Of a stretch of DNA of 64,000 nucleotides, positions 52,364 to 64,000 are shown piece by piece; the first letter of the stretch is position 1, and the number at the start of each line of letters is the position of its first letter. The translations under genes were made by a program, and so were the position numbers. The notes below the pieces were generated by a model, which was given only the letters and a program-made list of their open reading frames with translations, had not been told where the DNA came from and did no database searches. The DNA lies in assembly GCA_964016885.1 (NCBI GenBank), contig OZ024742.1, positions 4,278,001-4,342,000 on the forward strand. The letters run 5' to 3'. The DNA comes from Eledone cirrhosa. Lineage: Eukaryota.

Positions 52364-53138
52364 TGGCAGCCGACACAGCCAAAGATCTTATGACAACTTA
52401 AATATCTGATGTCAACCTCTCAAAATTATCTCTCAGCCTCCTTACAATTAGCGGAGCTCAAATGATAGGGGGAGGGGAACCAAATCTGTTTCCCGCTGAC
52501 AGAATTTACTTCGGAGACACTAGTCATAATTTTTTGATCTAAAACTGCGAGAGACGACATTCTCCTGGGCGAAAAAAACAAGTAAAATAAAAATATAAAG
52601 ACGGTCGAATCAATTTGACACATCTGACTAAACCAGATTTCCAGTATCACTATAGATAGGCTGTCGTCAATTAACTATCAATTGTCCAGAAGCTATCGGC
52701 TACTATGTAATATCTTCTACAGACCTACATTGATTATGCTATAGTGTGATAATAATGATGGCGAGTGTGATAGCTTTTTTTCTCTTCTCATAATTGAAAC
52801 GAAATATTCACTGACGATTTTTGTCTGCTTTAATTCACGAGAATATTTATAGAGATTTCCTTTTTAAAAGTACGAAAATGTGGTGAATAGCTTGAATAGT
52901 TGGTGTCGACTGTTGTCACCAGCTATTGTTGTTGATAACCCTTAGACACACGTGAAACTTTACTGAGCAACCCAAGGTGCCGCCTAGTTACTTCAATCTT
53001 TTACTATTTTTTCAGAAGGTTGATTGATAGATTAATCACTAAATATATCGATTTATCATGATCAAGCAAACTTCTGAAACGATCGTAAAACAATGAACTA
53101 ATTAAACACCTAACTTCACCTTTTGTTTTCATTGTTCA

Positions 53139-53174
<36 letters not shown>

Positions 53175-53237
53175 GTGTGTGTATGTATGTATGCATGCAT
53201 GTATGTATACATGTATGTGTGTATGTATGTATGCATG

Positions 53238-53786
53238 TTCTTCTGGTTTTATAATTTCACAATTTGTTTCCAATAGAGAGAGAGTCGGTTTCTAACATAG
53301 ACACAAGACTCTCTCATTGGAATTTACACAACATCAAAACTAGGTAGAATGCATGTCTGCATGTGTAGGTATGGATGTTATTGTATGTGTGGATATGGAT
53401 GTTTTGAGTTGTATGTGTGCATGTGTATATGCTTTGTATCTGTACATGTGTATATATGCAGTTATCAGATGCACAATTTTTGGAATGTTTTACATATTTT
53501 TACTGTTCCATTAATGGATTGTACTTGTAATTTCCTAACTAGTTGTTTTCTGTCTGTTCCTGTGAAGCCTAGCTTCTCAAGATTTGTATTGAGGCAGTTA
53601 CTAACATACCCTAGTGCCCCAATAATTACAGGCATAAATCTGAAGGTGTAATCAGGGTGGAGTATCTGCAGATTTCTCATCAGTTCTGCATAAATATTCT
53701 CCTATTCGCTAATCTTTGATATTATATTGGCATCTGCTGGACAGCTAATTTCCACTGCCGTGCATGCTTTCTTCTCCCTGTGCCAT
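53238..53786 (-). mobile_element. REL non-LTR retrotransposon 3' fragment inserted in (TACA)n
   Basis: VEISCPAD...YAELMRNL...PVIIGALG; second 3'-tip copy at about 53798-53838, both bounded by gtat repeats. Confidence 0.8.
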
Positions 53787-54107
53787 ATGTATGTATGTTC
53801 TTCTGGTTTTATAATTTCGGAAATTTTTTTCCCAATAGTATGTATGTATGTATGTTATCTTTTTCTCTTAATTTCGAGTATATTTTTGACCGAACACCTT
53901 CCTGGTGGCAAGGTTGTAAAAGAAAAGAAATTGTCATCCCTTGAATCGCAAGAATGTTTTGCAAATTTTGAAGGTGCCAGCTATCGCAGCCATTTGTAGA
54001 CTATGAATGTAGACTATGTATGTATGTATGTATGTATGTATGTATGTATGTATGTATGTATGTATGTATGTATGTATGTATGTATGTATGTATGTATGTA
54101 CGTACAT

Positions 54108-55232
54108 CTACAGAGGTATATCATTGCTTTCTGTCGTAGGGAAAGTTTTATGTAGGGTGCTTCTGGACCGTCTGCTGACACACATTACAGATTGTGTTCT
54201 TCCTGAAAGTCAATCTGGTTTTCTTGCTGGACGCGGCACTACTGATATGATCTTCTCAGCTAGACAGCTCCAGGAGAAGTGCATTGAACAAGGCTTGGAT
54301 CTGTATCAGGTTTTTGTCGATCTGACAAAGGCTTTCGATACTGTCAACAGAGATGCATTATGGAAGGTTCTCCAGAAACTTGGTTGCCCTGATAAGTTCC
54401 TTGCTTTAGTTAGGTCTTTCCATGACGACATGAAGGCTTGGGTTAATGTTGGAGGTAACATGTCGGAGCCTATCTCAGTAAAAAATGGAGTGAAACAGGG
54501 GGATATTCCAGCACCGACCCTGTTTGCCATATACTTTGCAATGGTTTTCTGTATTGCATTCAGGAATTGCGAGCATGGTGTTTACATCCGATATCGAACC
54601 TCAGGCAGCATATTTAACATCAGGCGCTTTGCTGCGAAGACAAAAGTATTTACATCAATCATAAGAGACCTCTTGTATGCAGATGATTCGATCTTGTAGC
54701 GCACACAGAGAGTGATATGCAGCACATTTTGAATGCATTTTCTGACGCTTGCACTGCCCTGGGTTTGACTGTCAGTCTCAAGAAAACCGTCGTCATGTAC
54801 CAACCTGCCCCTAGTAATCAGTACACTGAACCAAACATCTATGTGTATGGCAAACGACTTGGAGTGGTTGATCAGTTTGTCTACCTGGGAAGCACTGTCA
54901 ATCGATACGGCAACCTTGACAGTGAAATCTCACTTAGGATTAGGAAAGCAAGTGATGCTTTCGGAAAGCTAGAAAGGCGACTCTGGGGTCGGCGAGACAT
55001 ATGCAGGAGGACAAAGGTAAGGGTGTACAGGGCATGTGTACCCTCTTGTCTTCTTTATGCCTGCGAGACCTGGGTCACATATCGACACCACCTTAAGCAA
55101 TTGGAGCGTTTCCATCAGATGTGTCTCAGACGGATCCATGGCGTTCACTGGAGGGACCACATCAGTGATGTCGAGATTTTGGAAAGCTCTATGTGTGACA
55201 GTATAGAAGCTCTTGTGCTTAAGCAACGACTT
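54108..55232 (+). mobile_element. RTE (BovB-like) LINE internal RT fragment
   Basis: [47 protein letters not shown]. Confidence 0.92.
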
Positions 55233-55309
55233 TAATGCTTCGAACGGCGCGCCGCCTGTTACTGAAGTTACCCAACACACACATACTCTCACATACATGC
55301 ATATATGTA

Positions 55310-55424
<115 letters not shown>

Positions 55425-56629
55425 TTCTTCATATATATAAAGAAAGAAAGAGATCGAATCAAGTCCTTAGCTCATTTGATGCCCTAGAATTTGTTTCGGC
55501 GATGCCAAGAATCAGTACACAGTTAAAAGGGAAAACATGGCATAAAATAAAACAAAATACAATGACAGTTACTTATGAGTTTCGCCTTTGCTGGTTCGTC
55601 CAACAATCATATGCCCCAAACGTATTATATTATAGTCTCATGTATGATACATACCTACAACAATTAGACCTAGCTAAAATAAAGTGTTCTACTCAAGGAC
55701 ACAATGTACACTGAAAACTGAACGATAACACACCTACACACAACTAGGCATACAATTACACACGACTTTAAGATAGTTGTCAAATACCCTAACCACAGAG
55801 CCACGCGCTTACACAAGAACCCTCAGTAAACTATGTGTTTGTTGAGATAGAACTGGTGTTAATATAGAATATGTCTTCTGAGAGATTGTCACTACACCGA
55901 CAAGGGACGAAATGTGTCGTAAACTAGTTGTACAATGTTTCTAATTATTTCACTCTGTAATTTAGTTATGCAGTGGGTAATGGGATTACAACTCGGTATT
56001 ATTGTTTACCTCTTGTCATAGGGAAGAGACTTGAGAGTACATTTCTCGTTCACGTCACAGGCCAGGTCAAAGACAATATTAATAATGACGGTAAATAGAT
56101 TGGTGGATACGGAGGGAAGATAGTAGTTAGCTGGAAAGTATATCAGATAACTAGAGAGATGGATAGACAAAGTGTGATATATGTGTGTGTATTTGTATGT
56201 TTGTGGCTGTGTTATATGTATAATACTATCATTATATCCAGCGAAACATCGGTTTCCTTAATTGCTTCCTCAGTATTTCTCTTCTTCGACGTCTCAGAAA
56301 TATTTCAATGTGACCCAGTTCACATAGTCAGTGTATGGATGGGATCTTGATACCTCATATTAAATACATAGGGATAACAATAAATCCACGTGGCCCTGGT
56401 TCCTATCATCTACAATTTCCATCCCTAACAGTAGTCTAGTTTTGCCACTATCTAATCTATTTTAAAAAAGAAACAGCCATGTCCAACTCCTTGCATTACT
56501 CTCATCGTGTCCAAGGATTTAGTTAAGTACCTAAAATATATTCTGTCACTTTAAAGCTCATTCAGTGTGGTGCAAGTTCTATTGATTAGTTAACGAAACC
56601 TATTGAATAGTTATGTGGTGTAGATTATA

Positions 56630-57812
56630 TGGAATAGATAAGGAAGTCAGATCTACCCAGAAAAATCAAAATATCATTCTTCACATCTGTTGAGTCAGTG
56701 TTGTATGGATCAGGCGCATAAACCCTGACACAAGCACTTGAGAAGAAACTAGATGATACATAAACTAAAATAGTTTGGGCTGTACAAAACATAAATTGGC
56801 GTCAACGTATTACTAATGAAAGTTTATAGAGAAACCTGTCCAAGATATCAACTACAATTGTTCAAAGACAGTTACGATTTGAAGGACATTGCTGGAGAAG
56901 TAAGCAGGAAGTTATAAACCAGTTACTATTGTGGGAACCAACTCACCGGAGACACAGTAGAGTATGTTATACACAAGGTACTATTGTGGGAACTAACTCA
57001 TAGGAGACACAGTAGAGTATGTTATACACAAGTTACTATTGTGGGAACTAACTCATGGGAGACACAGTAGCGGATGTTATACACAAGGTACTATTGTGGG
57101 AACCCACTCACGGAAGACACAGTAGAGTATGTTATACACAAGTTACTATTGTGGGAACTAACTCATGGAAGACACAGTAAAGTATGTTATATACAACGTA
57201 CTATTGTGGGAACCAACTCATGGGAGATACAGTAGAACATGTTATACACAAGATACTATTGTGGGAACCAACTGACGGGAGACACAGTAGAGTATGTTAT
57301 ACACAAGTTACTATTGTGGGAACCAACTCACGGGAGACACAGTAGAGTATGTTATACACAAGTTATTATTGTGGGAACTAACTCATGGGAGACACAGTAG
57401 AGTATGTTATACACAAGTTACTATTGTGGGAACCAACTCATTGGAGATACAGTAGAGTATGTTATACATAAGGTACTATTGTGGGAACCAACTCACGGGA
57501 GACACAGTAGAATATGTTATACACAAGTTACTATTGTGGGAACCAACTCCTTGGAGATACAGTAGAGTATGTTATACATAAGGTACTATTGTGGGAACCA
57601 ACTCACGGGAGACACAGTAGAATATGTTATACACAAGTTACTATTGTGGGAACCAACTCACGGGAGATACAGTAGAGGAAAACCTGCTTGAACTTTCATT
57701 GATAAACCCTCAGATGATACAAACCTCAATAAGGAGCAGTTGCCAGGAGTGATGGAAATAGTGATTTGTGGAGAGACTTTGTCAGTAATGTTTGACTGTG
57801 GTCGCAATGATG
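56630..57812 (+). mobile_element. Decayed RTE LINE 3' fragment containing a minisatellite
   Basis: VESVLYG, LRFEGHCWR and LLWEPTHG parallel the 3213-3945 element. Confidence 0.75.
56911..57677. repeat. 55-bp minisatellite, about 14 units
   Basis: tattgtgggaac every 55 bp from about 56927 to 57642. Confidence 0.97.
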
Positions 57813-58594
57813 AGGATTATTTATATGAAGTAATGTGAGGTATGCAATCAAAGCCAGTACAATAGGAATATGAGGTACGCCTGGTATTTACACACACCAT
57901 TACACTGAATCTCCCTGAGAAATGATTTAACGTTACCCGTGTCCATGGAAACCACAGTCTCTCGGTGTCAATATCACAATCAACTGGAACACTCGCTGTC
58001 AGAAACGGCTGATGTTCCATATATATGTGGTCTCAGATTAAAATAGATGAAAGCATTCAGAAAAGAAAAGTGATTTCTTCAGAATATTTTTTTTATTTTT
58101 AAAACTGTTCAATATTTTCTGACTATTTAACAAATATTTTATTTGTTTAATCTATATATTTTATAAATATAAATTAACCTTGAATTTGTTTGATAATTAT
58201 TATATTTGTTAAATACATTTATTTGCAATGTTTAGAACATTTGTTCTTTCTGAGTTTATCAATTAATCTACTTGTCAAATAAGTTTATTTGGGAACATTT
58301 AGCAAATTATACAAATTCGGTGCTTGTAAAATATATTTATTTGTTAAATATATTTATTTAGACAAGGTTTAGTAAATTATTTGTCCGATACGAGTTGTTA
58401 AATGTACTTGCTAAATTCATTTATTTGGAATGGTTCTGCAAATTATTCGTTAAATTCTGATTTCTGAAATGTTTTACTTGTTCAATACATTTATTAGAAA
58501 TATTCTAAGGAAATTAAACTTGAAATATTTTTCAAGTAAAGATAATTAAAAATGCAAGAATGATTATGTTTATGTATTTTTTTGTACGAATCTT

Positions 58595-58862
58595 GGTGTG
58601 AAATCGTGTGTTGAAACAGATATATATATATATATATATATATGTTGGGATGAAGTAGACAGTATAAGACCAGAAAGAAGAGGAGATACAGAGAAGAAAA
58701 ACAAATAGTCATTGGTGGGGAAGTCACAAAATATGTGACGAAAGAACTTTGGCGAAATAGGCAATAAATAATAATGAGAAAACTGAAGTGAAAATCACAT
58801 AGTGCGTGTGTTTTTATTCGAAACATTGACAACATGACTGTACCAAAATATAACAAAATAAA
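58595..58862 (+). mobile_element. Old remnant of PLE family A/B 3' UTR with decayed HHR
   Basis: gtcaca aaata tgtgac gaaa gaac tt tggc; gaagtgaaa...gtgcgtgtgttt...caacatgac matches 2188-2383. Confidence 0.6.
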
Positions 58863-58960
58863 TATTAAAATTCGTCTACGTTTAGAAGAATATTAGAAGA
58901 ATAAAACGAAAAAATAAACCGAAGAAAAAATTTAAATAACGAATATAAGTGGAGGAGGGA

Positions 58961-59200
58961 GGGTGCGACAGAGTTTCGACTGTATGTCTCAGCAGCACCC
59001 AACAAAATGGTGAAGGCAATGCTATGAAGAACAACCAGCGACAACCTCTGCATTAGTCTCTTTACCTCCCGGGACTTCTTCCTCAAGCTGCCGTGATCTC
59101 AGGAATATTAGGTCTCCGAACAGTATTTTTCCTCCGCAAATTCGAAAGGAGCGCATCCAGCTTGGAGAAGGACCCGGCAGGTAAAGAGACTTATGCAGTT
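58961..59200 (-). mobile_element. Decayed CRE-like 3' end
   Basis: REVKRLMQRLSLVVLHSIAFTILLGA parallels RELEWIFQRVSLAVIR*NAFSILSAGA. Confidence 0.6.
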
Positions 59201-59369
59201 GTGAGGCGGCGGCGAATTGGCAGAGTCGTTTAGAACGCCGGATAGAAAGATTTGCGCTATTCGTTTCAATTTTCTATTCTCTGAGTTCAAATCCAGCCAA
59301 GGTCAACTTTGCCTTTTACCCATTCAAGGTCGATAAAAAAGAACCAGTCTAGTACTTGGATCGATTCTT

Positions 59370-59473
<104 letters not shown>

Positions 59474-61284
59474 CTACGATTCCATCAGAAGTTACGTGAC
59501 TATGTATGCAATCCAGTGTCGAACCTGATTATTTTTATTACTCTTTGTTCAGAAAGAAAAAAGCAACACCCATGACTCTTTTTCATGGCCTCCTGCATGG
59601 CTGGTCAGAAAAAAGAAGGAAGGTGTCTTCTAACCGGGGATCTGTTCTAAAGGCTAGCAACAGAATGAGCTTTGATAAAAGAAAACAAGGATGACCATGT
59701 GGTGGTATGAAACAGAGCAACGGAGTAAGTATACCACAAGATATAGATCATCTATATGAATTCGCAGAAGCTTTAGAAAATCGGATAGAATACTTGGCAG
59801 AGTTTGTTCAAACTGACCGTTCTCTAAGTTTAAACCCCATAGATATAAACTTTGCCTTTTTTTTTCGCGATCGATAAATGAAGTACAAATCCAGTGAGGA
59901 AAGAGCATCGTCATATCTAAATTTATAAATCACACCGTATAGGCGGATAGAATGCTTTGCGCTATACGTTTCGGCTGTCTCCTCTATGAGTTCAAATCCC
60001 ACCGAAGTCAACTTTGCCTGTTACTCTTCTAAGGTCGATAAAAATGTATCATTCTAGAACTTTCTCTATATCTCTTTCTCACTTCCTCTTTCTCATTTAC
60101 TATTTGCTCTGTTCAGACCTGGAGAGGGATGGCTCCCCCAGGCTTTAAAAATGCACATTAAATGCCGTAACCACTACGGTACCCCTACGAATCTATCAGG
60201 AGTTAGGGGATTACAAAAGTCCCACTGTATGTCAGGAAGGGTAGCCACACGATGGCCATAGTTAGAGGAATGTATACATGATAATGACGTTCCAGACGTG
60301 AACATTACGCCCCAGCTGGATCTAAATATTAGCAGCCCTGGAAGATTGACATTTAAATTTGGGCCCCTAAGTAGGGTTTGAGCTCAATAAGTGGAATGGA
60401 AGAGAATGCACCTACGTTAATTTCAACGATGATTTTTTTCAGTTGTTCGATCAACTTAACAACTTGCTCGTGAATTAACGTGTTGGTGGTTGAGTATTCT
60501 ACAGACACGTGTATATTTAAAGTAATTCTCAGAGAGATTCAGCATGACATACTGTGTGACAATGCTGACGTTTTGAAATAGAGGTACAGTGTGTTCGATG
60601 GGATTCTAAATAGTTTCTGCCTACCAAATTCCCTCAATGAGTGACTCGACCTGACGTTATGGTAAATGTTGTTTACAGAAGATGTCACGTGGTGGGATGG
60701 ACCCCGGGACCAAATTATTACGGAGAGCTGTACCGGATTAACTACATAGTAACATATAGTCCAGTTTCTAAATAATCTGGCTACTATGGGGTTTAAACTT
60801 AGAGAACGGTCCATACTCTACAACTAAAAGTTCGTACAATATTTATATATTTGTTTCAAGTTTCGACACAAAGGCAATAGTTTCATTGACAGAGGAAATT
60901 CGATTATATATCACCCCCAGTATTAGACTGGTACTTTATTTAACCAATTCCGGAAAGATGAAATACAAAGTTGACATCGTCGAGATTTAATCTCAGAAAA
61001 TAGAGAGTCGAAATAAAATAGTGTAAAGCAATTAGTTCGATACACGATAATGTTGATCTACTGCCTATAAATATTTTAGATCATAAGTGTTTGGTTGATT
61101 AACAAATCAGCAGTGTAGGACAGTATTAGACGTGGCATTTCCCTTAAAACTTCAGCCTGCTGCCGAGCTAATTCCCTTAATAGACTCGATTAATTAAGAC
61201 ACGTATTTAATGGAGAAGTCAAGCAACTAATTGATCCTAGCAGAAATTACATTACATATACACACATGTATATATACACATATG

Positions 61285-61344
<60 letters not shown>

Positions 61345-61449
61345 GGTTGCTTAGCGACACTTCAGTATGCAGGTTAGAGCACTCAACGAAATGCGGCAGG
61401 TGGGTCCGTTTACTCCGGAGTAATTTAAAAATAAGAAGTAGAAGTAAAC

Positions 61450-62100
61450 AGGTTAACATTTGAAATAGAAGGGTGGATAAGGCTATCCAAGTTAAGAAAC
61501 AGTCATGGATACTGACAAAATGAGGGAAGCTGGGAACAGTATAAAGATGCTAGAAAAGAAGCCAGGCAGCAGGTATATTTAACTAGGAGGGAATTAGAAG
61601 ACAAGATGTTTGCGCATGGTGTGCACTAGGAGGATCTTAGGCATGAAATGTTCGGGGCTGCAAGGCAGTGTCTGAGGGGAAATCAAGGTGCTGTTGGGGA
61701 GAAATGTGTCCTAAATGATAGTGGCACACTTAACTGAAGCAAAGAAGACTTAATCATGGAAACTATGAGTAGAGAAAAGGTGGAACGGCTGATAAAGTTG
61801 ATACAAGCCCTGTACAAAGGTGCACCCAGTAAATCAACAATAAACATAGTGAGATCTTTTGTGTGGAGGAGGGATCCACCAGGGATATCTCTTCAGCCCT
61901 ATCCTATTTATTATTGTTCTTAAAGCCATTACAAAGAAGTTTAAAACTGGCGACCCGTGGGAACTCTCATATGGCTTTCATCTAGCCCCCATATCTGAAA
62001 CTATGGCAGAATTAAAGAAGAAATTCCAGACATGGTAGCTAAGCCAAGGGTGAAAAGGTCTCGAAAACAACCTAGAAAAGATCTAAGTCTTAGTAAGTTA
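61450..62100 (+). mobile_element. Heavily deleted RTE copy related to 12302-14978
   Basis: Collinear similarity: ARKEARQQVYL, GEKCVLND, tttaaaactggcgacccgtgggaactc. Confidence 0.7.
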
Positions 62101-62435
62101 AAGGAAGCCTTGGAAGTGGAGGCCCTAGGAAATCTTGGGCTGATATGGAGAAGGCCGTCTTCATGCAGCGGAACATCAAAAAGGGCATGAATCAAAATCG
62201 AGAAAATTGCCTATATTCCATAATACGGGGGAGTCTCACGCAAACAGGAGCAGCACAAGCGGGGTGGCTAAACTATCCACCCGAAAAAACAGAGGGATGG
62301 AAGAACTCTCAGGGCCTTAGTTTCGACGGGTATTTCTGGACTCCAGAACCTCCTATTACGCACTCAACTACCCAAAGTATTGAGTACTCTGGTGCGTTAT
62401 CGTCCACCTGGTTCCTTACCACACTTCCTTCGTTA

Positions 62436-63061
<626 letters not shown>

Positions 63062-63271
63062 CGTATCGAGAGAGAGAAAAAAAAGGGGAGGATAAGTGAT
63101 ACATGTAGTTATTTGCCAAATACCGTATGCAGAAGGTGTTCAATACTAATGCCGGCAGTATTAAATATTAGAAGTGTTAATATTTAGTGGGCGAGAGAGT
63201 TAGCAGAGCGTAAGCACGTGGAAAAGTAAGAAATCGGAGAACAGACCGTTAAAACATGTTTATTTAAAACA

Positions 63272-63311
63272 GCCCCTAAGTACGTTTCGCCCAGTTGGGC
63301 TTCTCAAGGGC
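63272..63311 (-). ncRNA. Minimal hammerhead, U3-A8 core
   Basis: gccc TTGAGAA gccc aact gggc GAAAC gtac TTA ggggc. Confidence 0.75.
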
Positions 63312-63517
63312 ATAATTAACCAAAAGTGTTCCTTACATTGCCCGGAAAGTGTCTTTGGGGTTAAGTTCACGTCATAGTTCATTTTTCGCAAAAAGACATC
63401 CCTTGACCTACTGCAAAATGAAAAAAACGCTTATTTTGCGAAGAATGAACTATGACGTGAACTTAACCCCAAAGACACACTTTCCGGGCAATGTAAGGAA
63501 CACTTTTTGTTATATAT

Positions 63518-63557
63518 GCCCTTGAGAAACCCAACCAGGCGAAACGTACGTAGGTGC
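63518..63557 (+). ncRNA. Minimal hammerhead, U3-A8 core
   Basis: gccc TTGAGAA accc aacc aggc GAAAC gtac GTA ggtgc. Confidence 0.7.
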
Positions 63558-63588
63558 TGATTTAAATAAACATGTATTACTTTCCCAC

Positions 63589-63625
<37 letters not shown>

Positions 63626-64000
63626 TGTATGTATAGTATGTTTGGCAATATACTGTATATTTAATTAAAAAACATTTTAAAGACCATTCACTATGAGTTT
63701 TAAAGTAGTGACTATGTCACTTATTCTCGGTAAAAACAACAGAGAGCGGCCGACAGACTGTTTCTCAATTGTGAGCGTTTATCAAGACCACACACTCAGT
63801 TGCCTATGCCAAGAAGAATTATAGAGGCTGCATTCTTATAGAATGATAAAACAGAGTGATTGCCGGTCAAGACATACATTATATATATAATTAGGGTAAT
63901 AGAATGGGTAATACGAAAAGAGTTTGCTAGATCTGAACTAAGTTAGTTCGGACCTAGCTATCGAAATGGCCGGAGCTCAGCCGTCGGGGTCCTGACTCTT

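Larger units (their letters stand above)
63215..63590. mobile_element. Non-coding fold-back element, about 140-bp arms each with a U3-A8 hammerhead
   Basis: 63254-63394 inverts 63434-63575. Confidence 0.85.

Noticed and set aside
52426-52650. Possible host exon on the minus strand after a pyrimidine tract and CCCAG
   Set aside because: Short, no recognisable homology, no partner exons identified
55562-55610. Minus-strand hammerhead (atgattgt TGGACGA acc agcaaa ggc GAAAC tcataa GTA actgtcat)
   Set aside because: Core has two uncompensated changes and there is no second copy in the window; possibly an old relic
56911-57677. CRISPR-like array (also considered for 34488-36048 and 52227-52363)
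   Set aside because: Contiguous tandem units with no unique spacers, no cas genes, eukaryotic context

Overview
AT-rich eukaryotic DNA that is almost entirely repeats. The tRNA-derived SINE families and dense (TA)n/(CA)n/(GA)n microsatellites suggest a mollusc, probably an octopus-like cephalopod (inference). I found no convincing host protein-coding gene. The window holds decayed retroelements: Penelope-like elements (PLEs; RT and GIY-YIG), RTE-clade LINEs (two with a PHD-type finger inside the RT), R4/Dong-like REL LINEs stacked in (TAA)n, CRE-like fragments and SINEs. It also has two transposon-derived minisatellites (63 bp and 55 bp units). The main signal absent from the ORF track is about 30 type I hammerhead ribozyme (HHR) motifs plus several partial ones, from roughly a dozen families. 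Most lie in short non-coding fold-back (inverted-repeat) elements inserted in (TA)n. Non-canonical variants recur across families: U3-A8 compensated core, U4C core, an extra base after A9, and stem II expanded to about 50-80 nt. Separately, diverged copies within two retroelement families share an in-frame stop: UAG at a Trp position in an R4-like element and UGA in a PLE linker. All structures were read by eye, coordinates are approximate to a few bases, and no activity is demonstrated.
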